Shown: positions 1 through 9,051 of the stretch, piece after piece
Layout: every line of letters begins with the position of its first letter
Numbering within the stretch: position 1 is the stretch's first letter
From: Clostridiales bacterium UBA4821
GTDB lineage: Bacteria; Bacillota; Clostridia; Acetivibrionales; UBA4821
Assembly: GCA_002402315.1 (NCBI GenBank)
Contig: DHFP01000147.1
Span: 1-51,952, forward strand
DNA: 51,952 nucleotides
Direction: 5' to 3'
Translations under genes and position numbers: made by a program
The notes under the pieces: model-generated
Told to the model about the DNA's origin: nothing
The model's input: only the letters and a program-made list of their open reading frames with translations
Database searches by the model: none

Positions 1-17
1 TTTTATTTTTTATTTTT

Positions 18-60
18 AAAAAACCCGCCGCTCAAAGAATTATTCCCTCAAGCGACGGCT
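18..60 (-). terminator. Rho-independent terminator of the znu/zur operon
   Basis: On the minus strand, a CCGTCGCT...AGCGGCGG stem is followed by a T-run, just after the stop at 71. Confidence 0.65.
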
Positions 61-70
61 AATTTTATAT

Positions 71-241
71 TTATAACTCTATATCTATTGACCTCATAAC
101 GGAAAATAACAAATATCCACCTGTAACAAGAATAATCACGACAGAAAATATAGCTGACGGGATTATCTTTTTATCTACCTGATTTTCAACCGCAGAACTT
201 AATGTTGGCAATTTTTGTACTTCTGTTTTCTTTTCTATCAT
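71..241 (-). CDS. Small single-pass membrane protein (56 aa, MIEKKTEVQK...SIDIEL)
   Basis: ATG at 241 is preceded by a GGGAGG RBS; hydrophobic C-terminal helix. The longer 103-aa call overlaps zur. Confidence 0.6.
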   Translation of the reverse strand: MIEKKTEVQKLPTLSSAVENQVDKKIIPSAIFSVVIILVTGGYLLFSVMRSIDIEL

Positions 242-245
242 TGTA

Positions 246-698
246 TCAGTCCTCCCGCCGGCCTTTCTCCTGGCATTCGGGACAGTATCCATATATATCC
301 AGTTTATGTCCGACAATCTTATATTTTGTTTCTTTTGCAAGGGATTTCTCCAACCCCTCCAATGGGCAATGATTAATCTCAATATTTTTGTTGCAGTTAG
401 TGCATATCAGATAGTGCTTGTGTTTCATCCGGTTTATTTCATACACGGATTTTTTCCCATTAAATGTATTTGTTTTTAGTATTAGCCCCTTGGATACAAA
501 TACATCCAGTATTCTATAAATAGTTGAAAGGCTGATGGAGTTCTCTTGCTCTGTAAGCTTTATATAAATCTCATCTGCTGTTAATGCACGGTCTTCACCC
601 TTTAAAACATCAAAAACCAAATTCCTTTGTTTTGTATTTTTTATACCATTGCTGGAAAATTTTTTATTATTATATATTGGTTCCAAAGCACTCACCAT
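246..698 (-). CDS. zur: Fur-family regulator, probably Zur
   Basis: SLSTIYRILD HTH, HKHYLICTNC and GYCPEC motifs; within the Zn ABC operon. Confidence 0.85.
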   Translation of the reverse strand: MVSALEPIYNNKKFSSNGIKNTKQRNLVFDVLKGEDRALTADEIYIKLTEQENSISLSTIYRILDVFVSKGLILKTNTFNGKKSVYEINRMKHKHYLICTNCNKNIEINHCPLEGLEKSLAKETKYKIVGHKLDIYGYCPECQEKGRRED

Positions 699-725
699 CC
701 TCCTAATTAAGCGTGAAGATAATAA

Positions 726-1559
726 TTATAAACTCATTTCTTTCCTTTTTATTTTACTTTTTACAGAAATGACGCTAAAAAATAACAAATAGCTTACCGC
801 CGATAAAATAACTATAACGGCACCAGAAGGGATATTCATTTCATAAGATATCCAGAGTCCGGTCAAGCAAAAGAAGCAACCTATTATTACTGATAATGCC
901 ATCCTTGACTTTAGATTTTTTGAAAGTAGTCCTGATATAGCAGTTGGTGCTGTAAACAAAGCGAGAACGAGTATGATTCCAACAACACGAATCAATGCCA
1001 CAACAGACATTGCAATTAATATAAAAAGCAGATATTCTAAAAAAGTAGTTTTAATACCCATAATCGTTGCAAATTTCTCATCAAAAAGATAAGACTTCCA
1101 GTAGTCAAATAGTGCAACAACTACAAGCACTACAATCAGTGTAAGAACAGCTATTAAGTAAAGGTCTGTTCTTGTCACCGACAAGATGCTTCCAAAAAGG
1201 TATGAAGATAAATCCGGAGGATACCCCGGCATTAATGCAATAAATAGAATGCCAAGAGCCATGCCCAGAGACCAAAAAAGTCCAATAACTACGTCAGAGT
1301 GTGTTCTGCCCTTTCTTTTAATATAACTTATTCCTAAAGCTGCACAAACCGACATGAATAAAGCTCCAATTATAGGCTCAAAACCCAGGAGATATCCCAG
1401 ACCGACCCCTCCATAGGAAGTGTGGGCAATACCTCCACTCATCATCACAAGTTTTTTTTCAACAATTATTACACCAATTATCCCACAAACAATGCTTGCA
1501 AAAATGCTTGCTAAAAATGCATTCTGGATAAACTGGTACTGAAAAAATGAAGTAAGCAT
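726..1559 (-). CDS. znuB: Zn/Mn ABC transporter permease
   Basis: ABC-3 permease motifs GIAHTSYGG and YLFGSIL; multiple TM helices. Confidence 0.9.
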   Translation of the reverse strand: MLTSFFQYQFIQNAFLASIFASIVCGIIGVIIVEKKLVMMSGGIAHTSYGGVGLGYLLGFEPIIGALFMSVCAALGISYIKRKGRTHSDVVIGLFWSLGMALGILFIALMPGYPPDLSSYLFGSILSVTRTDLYLIAVLTLIVVLVVVALFDYWKSYLFDEKFATIMGIKTTFLEYLLFILIAMSVVALIRVVGIILVLALFTAPTAISGLLSKNLKSRMALSVIIGCFFCLTGLWISYEMNIPSGAVIVILSAVSYLLFFSVISVKSKIKRKEMSL

Positions 1560-1560
1560 T

Positions 1561-2361
1561 TTAATCGCCCTCCTTATGTTCTTTCAATACCCGATGAGGC
1601 ACACCATGGGCTATAAGATCTACAGGACAACCATAAAGGTTGCTCACAACTTCTTCATTAATCTCCTTATCCCCATGATAAACCAGCCGACCATTAATAC
1701 AAGCTAAAGACTTTACATGAGATGAAACAGCAAGAAGGTCATGCGTCACCAAAATGATCGTCATGCTATAATTAAGATCATTAAGCAGCGAGAATATCTG
1801 CTCTCTAGAGCTTGCATCCACACTCGCAGTAGGCTCATCGAGAAGCAAAAGTTTTGGCTCCACTGCAAGAGCTCTGGTTATAAGCATTTTTTGAAATTCT
1901 CCACCAGAGAGTTCGGAAATCATTCTATCCTTAAGCTTATAAATTCCAACTCTGTTGAGCAATTCATCCACTTTTTCTATATCACTGCGTTCATATTTAT
2001 GAAACAACGAGAACACTGGATTAAGTCTGCCCGTCAATACGACCTGTTTTGCAGTAATTGGGAAACTTTTATCAAACTCTGTAATCTGAGGCACATAACC
2101 AATTAATTTTCCTGTTTTACCAGGCTTTCTTCCGTAAACATCTATTTGTCCTGTCGTTGGGCTAACTAATCCGAGGATTGCTTTTAAAAGTGTAGTTTTA
2201 CCTCCACCGTTTGGCCCAATTATGCCTAAGTATTCACCTTCATCAGCATTAAGTGAAACACCTGCTAGAGCAGGTGTTTCACCATATTGTACCGATAAAT
2301 TTTCGATACAAACCGCCTTTTGAAGCTGCCTTGAGTTATGAATATTATTTAATGAAATCAT
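1561..2361 (-). CDS. znuC: Zn/Mn ABC transporter ATPase
   Basis: Walker A GPNGGGKT, signature LSGGE, Walker B LLLLDEP, H-loop VTHD. Confidence 0.92.
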   Translation of the reverse strand: MISLNNIHNSRQLQKAVCIENLSVQYGETPALAGVSLNADEGEYLGIIGPNGGGKTTLLKAILGLVSPTTGQIDVYGRKPGKTGKLIGYVPQITEFDKSFPITAKQVVLTGRLNPVFSLFHKYERSDIEKVDELLNRVGIYKLKDRMISELSGGEFQKMLITRALAVEPKLLLLDEPTASVDASSREQIFSLLNDLNYSMTIILVTHDLLAVSSHVKSLACINGRLVYHGDKEINEEVVSNLYGCPVDLIAHGVPHRVLKEHKEGD

Positions 2362-3236
2362 TTCATTACCTCAGCCATAAGCTCGGCCATATTTTTAAGG
2401 TTCTCAATGTAATTTGGTGCAAGAGGCGCTAGCTGCACCGTTTTTCCTCCGATTTCCTCTGCAAAGGATTGTGCTTGCTTGCTTGAGATTTCGGCCTGAT
2501 AGAAAATTACTTTAATGTTTTCAGTTTTCGCAAGGTCAATCATTTCTTTTTGTCTCTGAGGAGTTGCTTCTTTGCCATCCTCTTCTAGAGCATACATCTT
2601 AAGATTGTAGTCATCAGCAAGATATCCGAATGCGGGATGGAATACAATAAACTTTCTATCCTTTACACCTTTAAGTGATTTTTGTATGTCTTTATCAAGA
2701 TTATCGAGCTCAGCTATGTAAGCCTGTGCATTCTTTTCATATTTTTCTTTGTTTTTAGAGTTCAGTTGACTCATCTCACGAGCAATAACTTCCACCATTG
2801 TTTTTGCTCTTTTAGGTGAAAGCCATATGTGAGGATCTCTTTGCCCAGGAGAAATTTCTATCTCAGGATATGTCTTTGCCACTTCATCCTGAAGTTTGAT
2901 GATTTTCATATCTTTTATTTCTGCTGCCTTAGGTAAAATATTTGCTGCTTCTGTGGGAACGCCTACAGCAAAGTAAAGTTTTGCCTTGCTAAATTGCTCC
3001 ATTTCCTTAGGAGTAGGTTCATAGTTTTCAGGGCTGTTTCCTGGCGGAACCATTACTACCACCTCTGCCAAGTCTCCACACACTGCTTCCACAAAAGACT
3101 TTTCCGGAACTATTGTTACTGCAATGACTGGTTTTTCAACAGTTGCTTTCTCATTACTGCTACAACCAGAAACCAGCAAAATTCCTAAAGCAATTATGAT
3201 TCCTGTCATTACACTGATAACTCTTTTTGTTCTCAT
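2358..3236 (-). CDS. znuA: Zn ABC transporter substrate-binding lipoprotein
   Basis: Lipobox LVSGC, DPHIWLSP and VFHPAFGY motifs. Confidence 0.9.
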   Translation of the reverse strand: MRTKRVISVMTGIIIALGILLVSGCSSNEKATVEKPVIAVTIVPEKSFVEAVCGDLAEVVVMVPPGNSPENYEPTPKEMEQFSKAKLYFAVGVPTEAANILPKAAEIKDMKIIKLQDEVAKTYPEIEISPGQRDPHIWLSPKRAKTMVEVIAREMSQLNSKNKEKYEKNAQAYIAELDNLDKDIQKSLKGVKDRKFIVFHPAFGYLADDYNLKMYALEEDGKEATPQRQKEMIDLAKTENIKVIFYQAEISSKQAQSFAEEIGGKTVQLAPLAPNYIENLKNMAELMAEVMK

Positions 3237-3270
3237 TTTAGTCTTCCTCCATTTATTCGTTATTCAATGC

Positions 3271-3291
3271 AAATGCTAACCATTCGCATTT
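3271..3291. promoter_or_regulatory. Zur box
   Basis: 10-1-10 imperfect palindrome AAATGCTAAC-C-ATTCGCATTT resembling the Firmicute Zur operator; sits just downstream of the -10. Confidence 0.7.
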
Positions 3292-3293
3292 AT

Positions 3294-3322
3294 ATCATAT
3301 CTTAGTGACTATTTTTTGTCAA
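3294..3322 (-). promoter_or_regulatory. Sigma-A promoter of znuA
   Basis: TTGACA-17 nt-TATGAT on the minus strand. Confidence 0.75.
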
Positions 3323-3518
3323 TATAAATGTTGATTGCCGTGTAAGTACTCAAATATATTCAATTATTTAACAAATTTATGCAAGGGTTCTAACTGTTTA
3401 AAGCCTTCGTAACCTGTAGTTTAATTTCTTGATCCATATCAGCCCCTCCTATTTACATATTGATATTTCTCGTATCCTATGCTCTCCCATTCAATTATAA
3501 ATATATTAAGTTTTTTGT

Positions 3519-3809
3519 TTAATAGATACTCATTTTAAGCTGTCTCAAGGTTTCCTCCAGCGAATTTCCACTGCTTGTATGGCATCTTATAACAGGGATT
3601 TTTTTCTTTTTTGCTTCCTTGACGGCAGTAATCACTATCTTATGTGATACCGTACTCGTGAATAAAACAATAGCATCAGGTGCACCTACACACTTGTCAA
3701 ACTTGCTATGCATCTGAGTAAACACCTTAATTTTGTGACCATGTCTATCCCCAATGGTTTTGTATTCATCCCTCATTCTCTCATGTCCGCCTACCAATAC
3801 TATACTCAC
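3519..3809 (-). CDS. DUF2325-family protein
   Basis: SIVLVGGH...DAIVLFTSTVSH...IRCHTSS pattern. The GTG at 3809 has better GGAGG spacing than the one at 3815. Confidence 0.75.
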   Translation of the reverse strand: MSIVLVGGHERMRDEYKTIGDRHGHKIKVFTQMHSKFDKCVGAPDAIVLFTSTVSHKIVITAVKEAKKKKIPVIRCHTSSGNSLEETLRQLKMSIY

Positions 3810-3846
3810 TCTCACCCCTCCAGTTCATCATTATTCTAGTGCTTAA

Positions 3847-3899
3847 TTTTTATAGGTTTTGATATTGATAGTCATTATCAATATCAAAACCTATAAAAA
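3847..3899. promoter_or_regulatory. Fur box inside a 24-bp perfect inverted repeat
   Basis: Core TGATAGTCATTATCA (7-1-7 consensus TGATAATnATTATCA); arms 3847-3870 and 3876-3899. Confidence 0.75.
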
Positions 3900-4032
3900 A
3901 ATATATTATTATGCTTTTTACTAGAGCAACAGCACTACTCCGAGTAATACCCGGAACAGTCACATCTGTTATTCTCATTTGTTAATAAAATTGAAGGTTC
4001 ATTATTACAAGTAGGAAGTTTCCTCTGATGCT

Positions 4033-4473
4033 CTATTTGCTCAAGCATTCTTTGCAAACTCCATATATCCTGACCTTGTGATTTGTTACATTAAAGCCAT
4101 ACTTGTCATGAACTTGCTTTTCCAATGAATCCAGAAGATCGTCTTGCATGTCGATTACTTTGCCACAGCGTTCACATATGAGATGGTGATGTTCATGCTC
4201 TTCTTTAGTATCTACAAACTGATATCTGATGTAGCTGTCATCCAAATTTATCTTGCTTACAAACCCAAGCTTTTCCAGTAAATCCAAGGTTCTATACACT
4301 GTTGCAGTACCGATTCTATTACCTTGCTGTAAAGCAGCTTTTTGGATTTCCACTGCATTCAAGTGCTTATCACTGTTTTCCTCAAATAAATTCAGGATAA
4401 TCTTTCGTTGTCCTGTTAGTTTTAAATTATTATCTTTAAGTTGTTTTTCAAAATTATTGATTTTTTTATTCAT
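4033..4473 (-). CDS. fur: Ferric uptake regulator family protein
   Basis: IGTATVYRTLDLL, HEHHHLICERCG and GVCKEC motifs; downstream of feoB. Confidence 0.88.
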   Translation of the reverse strand: MNKKINNFEKQLKDNNLKLTGQRKIILNLFEENSDKHLNAVEIQKAALQQGNRIGTATVYRTLDLLEKLGFVSKINLDDSYIRYQFVDTKEEHEHHHLICERCGKVIDMQDDLLDSLEKQVHDKYGFNVTNHKVRIYGVCKECLSK

Positions 4474-4531
4474 CTATTTCAGCCCCTCCCTATTTCTTAA
4501 GGAGATATATTATATTATCTTTAGACTATCT

Positions 4532-4675
4532 TTAATATCTACAGCTTTTACGTTGCTGCTCTGAACAATCCCCGGAACATCCTGTGCAAGAACCGTTTCT
4601 AATACTCTTTAAAGATTGATATGAGCTATATCCAATGACTGCAAATAACAAAATTCCTACTATGATGGTCGACAT
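4532..4675 (-). CDS. FeoB-associated Cys-rich small membrane protein (47 aa)
   Basis: AGGAG RBS before ATG 4675; TM helix then GSCTGCSGDC; directly after feoB. Confidence 0.8.
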   Translation of the reverse strand: MSTIIVGILLFAVIGYSSYQSLKSIRNGSCTGCSGDCSEQQRKSCRY

Positions 4676-4694
4676 AATAAAAATCACTCCTCTC

Positions 4695-6683
4695 TTAGTA
4701 AGCTGTCTCTTTTCCAGTATTTTTATCACTTCGTCTAATCAAGTAATACACCAACCCGGCTATCAAAATAATTACGATAACAGCAGGCACGAATCCACTT
4801 GATAATTCACCATACATCAGCAAAGTCCCTACCTGTGTTACGAGCATAGCTAATGTATACCCAACGCCTATTTGAAATAGTATCGCTCTAACTAACCATT
4901 TACGTCCGCCCATTTCTGCATTCATGGCTCCTATTGCTGCAAAGCACGGAGGTATGAATAAGTTAAATACCAGAAACGAAAATGCGGTTATAGGAGTAAA
5001 CATTTCAGCCAGTGGACCACCCGTTGCGTACAGCGCTTCATCTGAAGCTGCTAGAATAACCGCAAACGCTGCAACAACATTCTCTTTAGCAATAAAACCG
5101 GTCAATGTGGCTGCTGCCATTTTCCATCCAACAAATCCCAACGGTATTAACAAAGGAGCGACAACCCCTCCAACAGAAGCCAAAATACTTAAACCTTGAT
5201 CTTCTACAGGCTGTAAATTCCAACCATAAGTTTGCATAAACCAAACTAAGGTGTTCATAACCAAAATAATCGTTGATGCTTTTACAATGAAGGCTTTTGC
5301 CTGCTTAATCATTTGCCTGAATGCATGCTTCAAACTCGGAATCTTATACTCAGGAAGCTCAAGAATAAAAGCAGATTTACTTTCAAACTTGAATATTTTC
5401 TTAAGCAGCAATCCGCCAAGGATGATTAAAGTGCCAGCGATTAGGTACATACTTGGAAATACCCAAGTGGCTCCTGGGAAAAATACCGCAGCAAACAACG
5501 CTATTATCGGCAACTTAGCACCACAGGGGACAAAAGGGGTCAACATTATTGTCACTTTTCTCTCATTGTCGTCTTCAATGGTCCTCGCTGCCATAACACC
5601 GGGGATTGAACATCCAGTCCCTACAACCATCGGGATAACTGACTTTCCAGATAATCCAATTCGTTTGAAATAACGGTCCATAACAACAGCAACTCTTGCC
5701 ATATAGCCGCTGTCCTCTAGCAGAGCAAGACAGAAAAACAATACCATAATAAGCGGCAAAAAGCCAAGTATCGCACCCACACCACCTATGGCACCATCCA
5801 CGATGAGTGCCTGAAGCAGCGGATGCACGCCGATGCCCTCCAAAAATCCATTAGCCACATTTGGCACAATTTCACCAAACAAAGTATCATTTATATATCC
5901 AGATACCCTTCCGCCAAAACCGCTTATTGAAAATGCATAAACAACCCACATGATAAGTGCAAATATAGGAAGTCCTAAATAAGGATTAGCAACAACCCGA
6001 TCAATCTTGTCAGAAAATGTGATTTCATTAGATTTCCTCATTTGAATGAAACATCTACCTACAATTGTTTTGACGTAGGCTTGTCTTGCCTTATCCTCCT
6101 CCTCAGTCCCTTTCCCTTCAAACTCTGGTGGTGCCTGCGTTTTTCTTTCCACAACTTCAATTGCTTTCGAAACAAGCTCTTTCAGACCTTGGCCCTCATT
6201 AGCGACAGTCTCAACAATTTCACATTTTAGGAATTCCGATAAACCTTTTACATCGATCTTGTCACCGTAACGTCTTACAATGTCTTGCTTATTGAGGGCA
6301 ATAACAAGCGGAATGTTCAATTCCAGCAGTTGGGTTGTGAAGAACAGACTTCTTTCCAGACTGCTTGCATCTATGATGTTAATAATGACATCCGGATTCT
6401 CCCCGAGGACAAAGTCTCTTGTAATTGCCTCTTCACCTGTAAAGGGTGCTATCGAATATGCGCCAGGCAAGTCTACAACGCTAATCTGGTTGCGCCCTCT
6501 CCCTTCACCGATGGAACCCACATGACTTTTTTGTGTAAAGACTTTGTATTCACGCTTTAGATTCGCTACTTTTTTTTCAACTGTTACCCCTGGCCAGTTA
6601 CCTACGTATTCTATCTTGCCTGTTATCGCATTAAACAATGTAGTTTTCCCTGAGTTGGGGTTTCCTGCTAAGGCTATCTTCAT
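4695..6683 (-). CDS. feoB: Ferrous iron transporter B
   Basis: GNPNSGKT, VGNWPGVTVE, DLPG and NKQD G-motifs; gate motifs GTGCSIP and PFVPCGAKLP. Confidence 0.95.
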   Translation of the reverse strand: MKIALAGNPNSGKTTLFNAITGKIEYVGNWPGVTVEKKVANLKREYKVFTQKSHVGSIGEGRGRNQISVVDLPGAYSIAPFTGEEAITRDFVLGENPDVIINIIDASSLERSLFFTTQLLELNIPLVIALNKQDIVRRYGDKIDVKGLSEFLKCEIVETVANEGQGLKELVSKAIEVVERKTQAPPEFEGKGTEEEDKARQAYVKTIVGRCFIQMRKSNEITFSDKIDRVVANPYLGLPIFALIMWVVYAFSISGFGGRVSGYINDTLFGEIVPNVANGFLEGIGVHPLLQALIVDGAIGGVGAILGFLPLIMVLFFCLALLEDSGYMARVAVVMDRYFKRIGLSGKSVIPMVVGTGCSIPGVMAARTIEDDNERKVTIMLTPFVPCGAKLPIIALFAAVFFPGATWVFPSMYLIAGTLIILGGLLLKKIFKFESKSAFILELPEYKIPSLKHAFRQMIKQAKAFIVKASTIILVMNTLVWFMQTYGWNLQPVEDQGLSILASVGGVVAPLLIPLGFVGWKMAAATLTGFIAKENVVAAFAVILAASDEALYATGGPLAEMFTPITAFSFLVFNLFIPPCFAAIGAMNAEMGGRKWLVRAILFQIGVGYTLAMLVTQVGTLLMYGELSSGFVPAVIVIILIAGLVYYLIRRSDKNTGKETAY

Positions 6684-6722
6684 CTTAATTCCTCCTTGTT
6701 TTTTTACTTATTATTTTGATTT

Positions 6723-6737
6723 TGATATTCATTATCA
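6723..6737. promoter_or_regulatory. Fur box upstream of feoB
   Basis: TGATATTCATTATCA, one mismatch to the 7-1-7 consensus. Confidence 0.7.
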
Positions 6738-6751
6738 ATATGGTTTCAAAT

Positions 6752-6770
6752 AAAAAGCAGCTTTGCTGCT
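6752..6770 (-). terminator. Weak terminator-like hairpin between feoA and feoB
   Basis: Minus strand reads AGCAGC-AAA-GCTGCT-TTTT. Confidence 0.35.
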
Positions 6771-6788
6771 CTATTTATTAAATAAAAT

Positions 6789-7001
6789 TTATGCAAGTTC
6801 AATTGACTTGGCCATATTCTTATCAATAGCATATCGACTGCCTTTGACATTAATTATATAATTTCCTCCAAGTATAGAAATCAAGGTTATTTCTTCCCCC
6901 TCAGAACATCCTAATGTAAATAAGAATTTGCGAATTTTTTCATTACCCGAAACGTTCTTAATCCGCCTTGTATCTCCTGGTTTTGCTTCAAATAGCAACA
7001 T
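6789..7001 (-). CDS. feoA: Ferrous iron transport protein A
   Basis: FeoA-like FLFTLGCSEG...NYIINVKGSRYAID; ATG 7001 has an AAGGAG RBS. Confidence 0.9.
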   Translation of the reverse strand: MLLFEAKPGDTRRIKNVSGNEKIRKFLFTLGCSEGEEITLISILGGNYIINVKGSRYAIDKNMAKSIELA

Positions 7002-7049
7002 CTCCTCTCTCCTTCTCTTATCATCCACATCTATATATGTGTGTGATAT

Positions 7050-7103
7050 TGATAATCATTATCATCTCTATATAATACTACATTATCTCAGACTCAATGT
7101 CAA
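7050..7103 (-). promoter_or_regulatory. feoA promoter with perfect Fur box
   Basis: TGATAATCATTATCA at 7050-7064; TTGACA(7103-7098)-17 nt-TAGTAT. Confidence 0.8.
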
Positions 7104-7263
7104 GAACATTTATCGTCTTACATGAAAGAGTCCCTTCCTTGACGTTTATGTCTCTAACATTTGCGGGATGCATCCTATCATATTGATTATTCTGCATTAT
7201 TATATTCGTTGAAAATTCAAATGCTCTATTTCTCATTTCCTGTGTTATATTTATAGTCGTCAT
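7078..7263 (-). pseudogene. Short ORF, probably the 5' remnant of a truncated gene
   Basis: AGAGGGG RBS and ATG, but the 3' part runs through the feoA promoter. Confidence 0.35.
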
Positions 7264-7506
7264 ACTATCAACCCCTCTATTTCTGGAATATATTAACTAT
7301 ATTATATGATAGGGGTATATGACCTTACAATGTATATTTTATTTATTTTTTGTATTTGTTAATAGTTGAGTTTATTGTATAAAGATAATTATTTTATCAA
7401 TCATCAGCTGCCAGCTATCCTATCTCCACAACCCTATAAAGTTATCTAATCTATCTCCTCAACCCCAAGCACATTTTTGCGGTCGATTTGTTTCCTTAAA
7501 ATATAA

Positions 7507-7583
7507 AAATAAGGATTTCCGAGGTTAAAAGGTGCTGCCGAACATCAGGCAGAAAATCTTCCAATCTCGGAAAACCCTTATTT
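7507..7583. repeat. Inverted repeat just downstream of the rlmD stop (terminator or att-adjacent)
   Basis: AAATAAGGATTTCCGAG ... CTCGGAAAACCCTTATTT. Confidence 0.55.
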
Positions 7584-7603
7584 ATCAGCGTTTTCTGTCC
7601 ACT

Positions 7604-8980
7604 TTATTTCTCAACCCTTGACATCAAGACAACTGTCTCAACATGATATGTTTGTGGAAACATATCTACCGGCTGAATCTCTTTTGTCTTATACCCCAAT
7701 TCATCCAGTATCTTTAGATCTCTCGCAAGTGTAGATGGATTGCAGCTTACATATACAATCCTCTCCGGCTTCATAGCCGCCACCGTTTCGAGCAGCACCC
7801 TATCACAGCCTTTACGCGGCGGATCCAGAACTACTACATCTGCCCTGATTCCTTTTGCATACATTTCCGGTACTACCTTCTCGGCCTCGCCACATATAAA
7901 TTCGACATTAGATATCCCATTGAGTTTAGCATTTTCCCGGGCATCCTCTACTGCAGGCTGTACCAACTCAACACCGTACACCTTCTTGAAATTGTCAGAT
8001 AGAAATAATGATATGGTACCAATACCGCAGTATAAATCAAATACCGTTTCTTTTCCCGTCAGCCGGGCATATTCCAATGCTTTTGAATATAAAACCTCTG
8101 TTTGAACCGGATTAACCTGAAAAAAGGAATGGGGTGATATTTTGAATTGATACTTGCCTATTGTATCAATAATGTAACCCCTTCCAAACAAGACCTTATT
8201 CTGCTCTCCAAAAATAACATTTGTATTCTTTTTATTTATATTATGTACTAAACTGGTTATCTCCGGCATCTCCCTCTCTACAAACTCCACAAGCTCGTCC
8301 TTATACGGAAGGTTATCTGCATTAGCTGCAACAACTGCCATAATCTCACCTGTGCTAAAGCCTACCCGTGTAACAATATGCCTTATTATTCCCTTACCTG
8401 ATTTCTCATTGTAAACAGGTATACCCTTACCTTCTATGAACTCTTTTATCTTACCGGCTATTTGAAATCCTCTCTTATGCTGAATCTCACATTGGGTACC
8501 GGCAATTATTTCGTGTGACCTGTTAGCATAAAACCCTATCACTACCTGCTCTCCCTGCACTCCAACAGGATACTGGGCTTTATTCCTGTAGTTCAGGGGT
8601 TGGTTCATACCAATAGTATGCTTTATTTCAACGCCTTCCATTCCGCCAATGCGTTGAACAGCTTCCCTCACTATATTGGTCTTGAACTCCAGTTGGGCTT
8701 CATAGGTCATATGTTGAAGCTGGCAGCCGCCGCATCTTTTATATGTGCTGCAAAATGGCTGGATACGTGCCGGTGAAGGTTCTATTACGTTAAGAAGCTT
8801 ACCGAATGCGTGGCTGGGTGCAGCTTTAACAATCTTTATTTCAACCTTTTCACTAGGTAGGACACCTTCCACAAAGACTGTAAAGCCATCTATCCTTCCT
8901 ACGCCTTGTCCCTCATGCCCCTGGCCGGTAATGTCAATGGTATAGGTCTCATTTCTCTTTACTGGTAGTTCTTTTTTCAT
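7604..8980 (-). CDS. rlmD: 23S rRNA (uracil-5)-methyltransferase
   Basis: TRAM domain, C..CGGCQLQH Fe-S motif, SFFQVN, DLYCGIG, DPPRKG, YVSCNP, DMFPQT.HVE. Confidence 0.95.
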   Translation of the reverse strand: MKKELPVKRNETYTIDITGQGHEGQGVGRIDGFTVFVEGVLPSEKVEIKIVKAAPSHAFGKLLNVIEPSPARIQPFCSTYKRCGGCQLQHMTYEAQLEFKTNIVREAVQRIGGMEGVEIKHTIGMNQPLNYRNKAQYPVGVQGEQVVIGFYANRSHEIIAGTQCEIQHKRGFQIAGKIKEFIEGKGIPVYNEKSGKGIIRHIVTRVGFSTGEIMAVVAANADNLPYKDELVEFVEREMPEITSLVHNINKKNTNVIFGEQNKVLFGRGYIIDTIGKYQFKISPHSFFQVNPVQTEVLYSKALEYARLTGKETVFDLYCGIGTISLFLSDNFKKVYGVELVQPAVEDARENAKLNGISNVEFICGEAEKVVPEMYAKGIRADVVVLDPPRKGCDRVLLETVAAMKPERIVYVSCNPSTLARDLKILDELGYKTKEIQPVDMFPQTYHVETVVLMSRVEK

Positions 8981-9051
8981 AAGTACCTCTTTTTAGTATT
9001 GATAATGTCATTTTACCATAAATATTATGTCTTAATGCAAGATTTAATTTT

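Noticed and set aside
71-382. 103-aa version of the first ORF
   Set aside because: The 5' half overlaps zur out of frame; the RBS supports ATG 241
6520-6550. KVFTQ peptide shared by the FeoB insertion and DUF2325
   Set aside because: Only five residues, with different codons; probably chance
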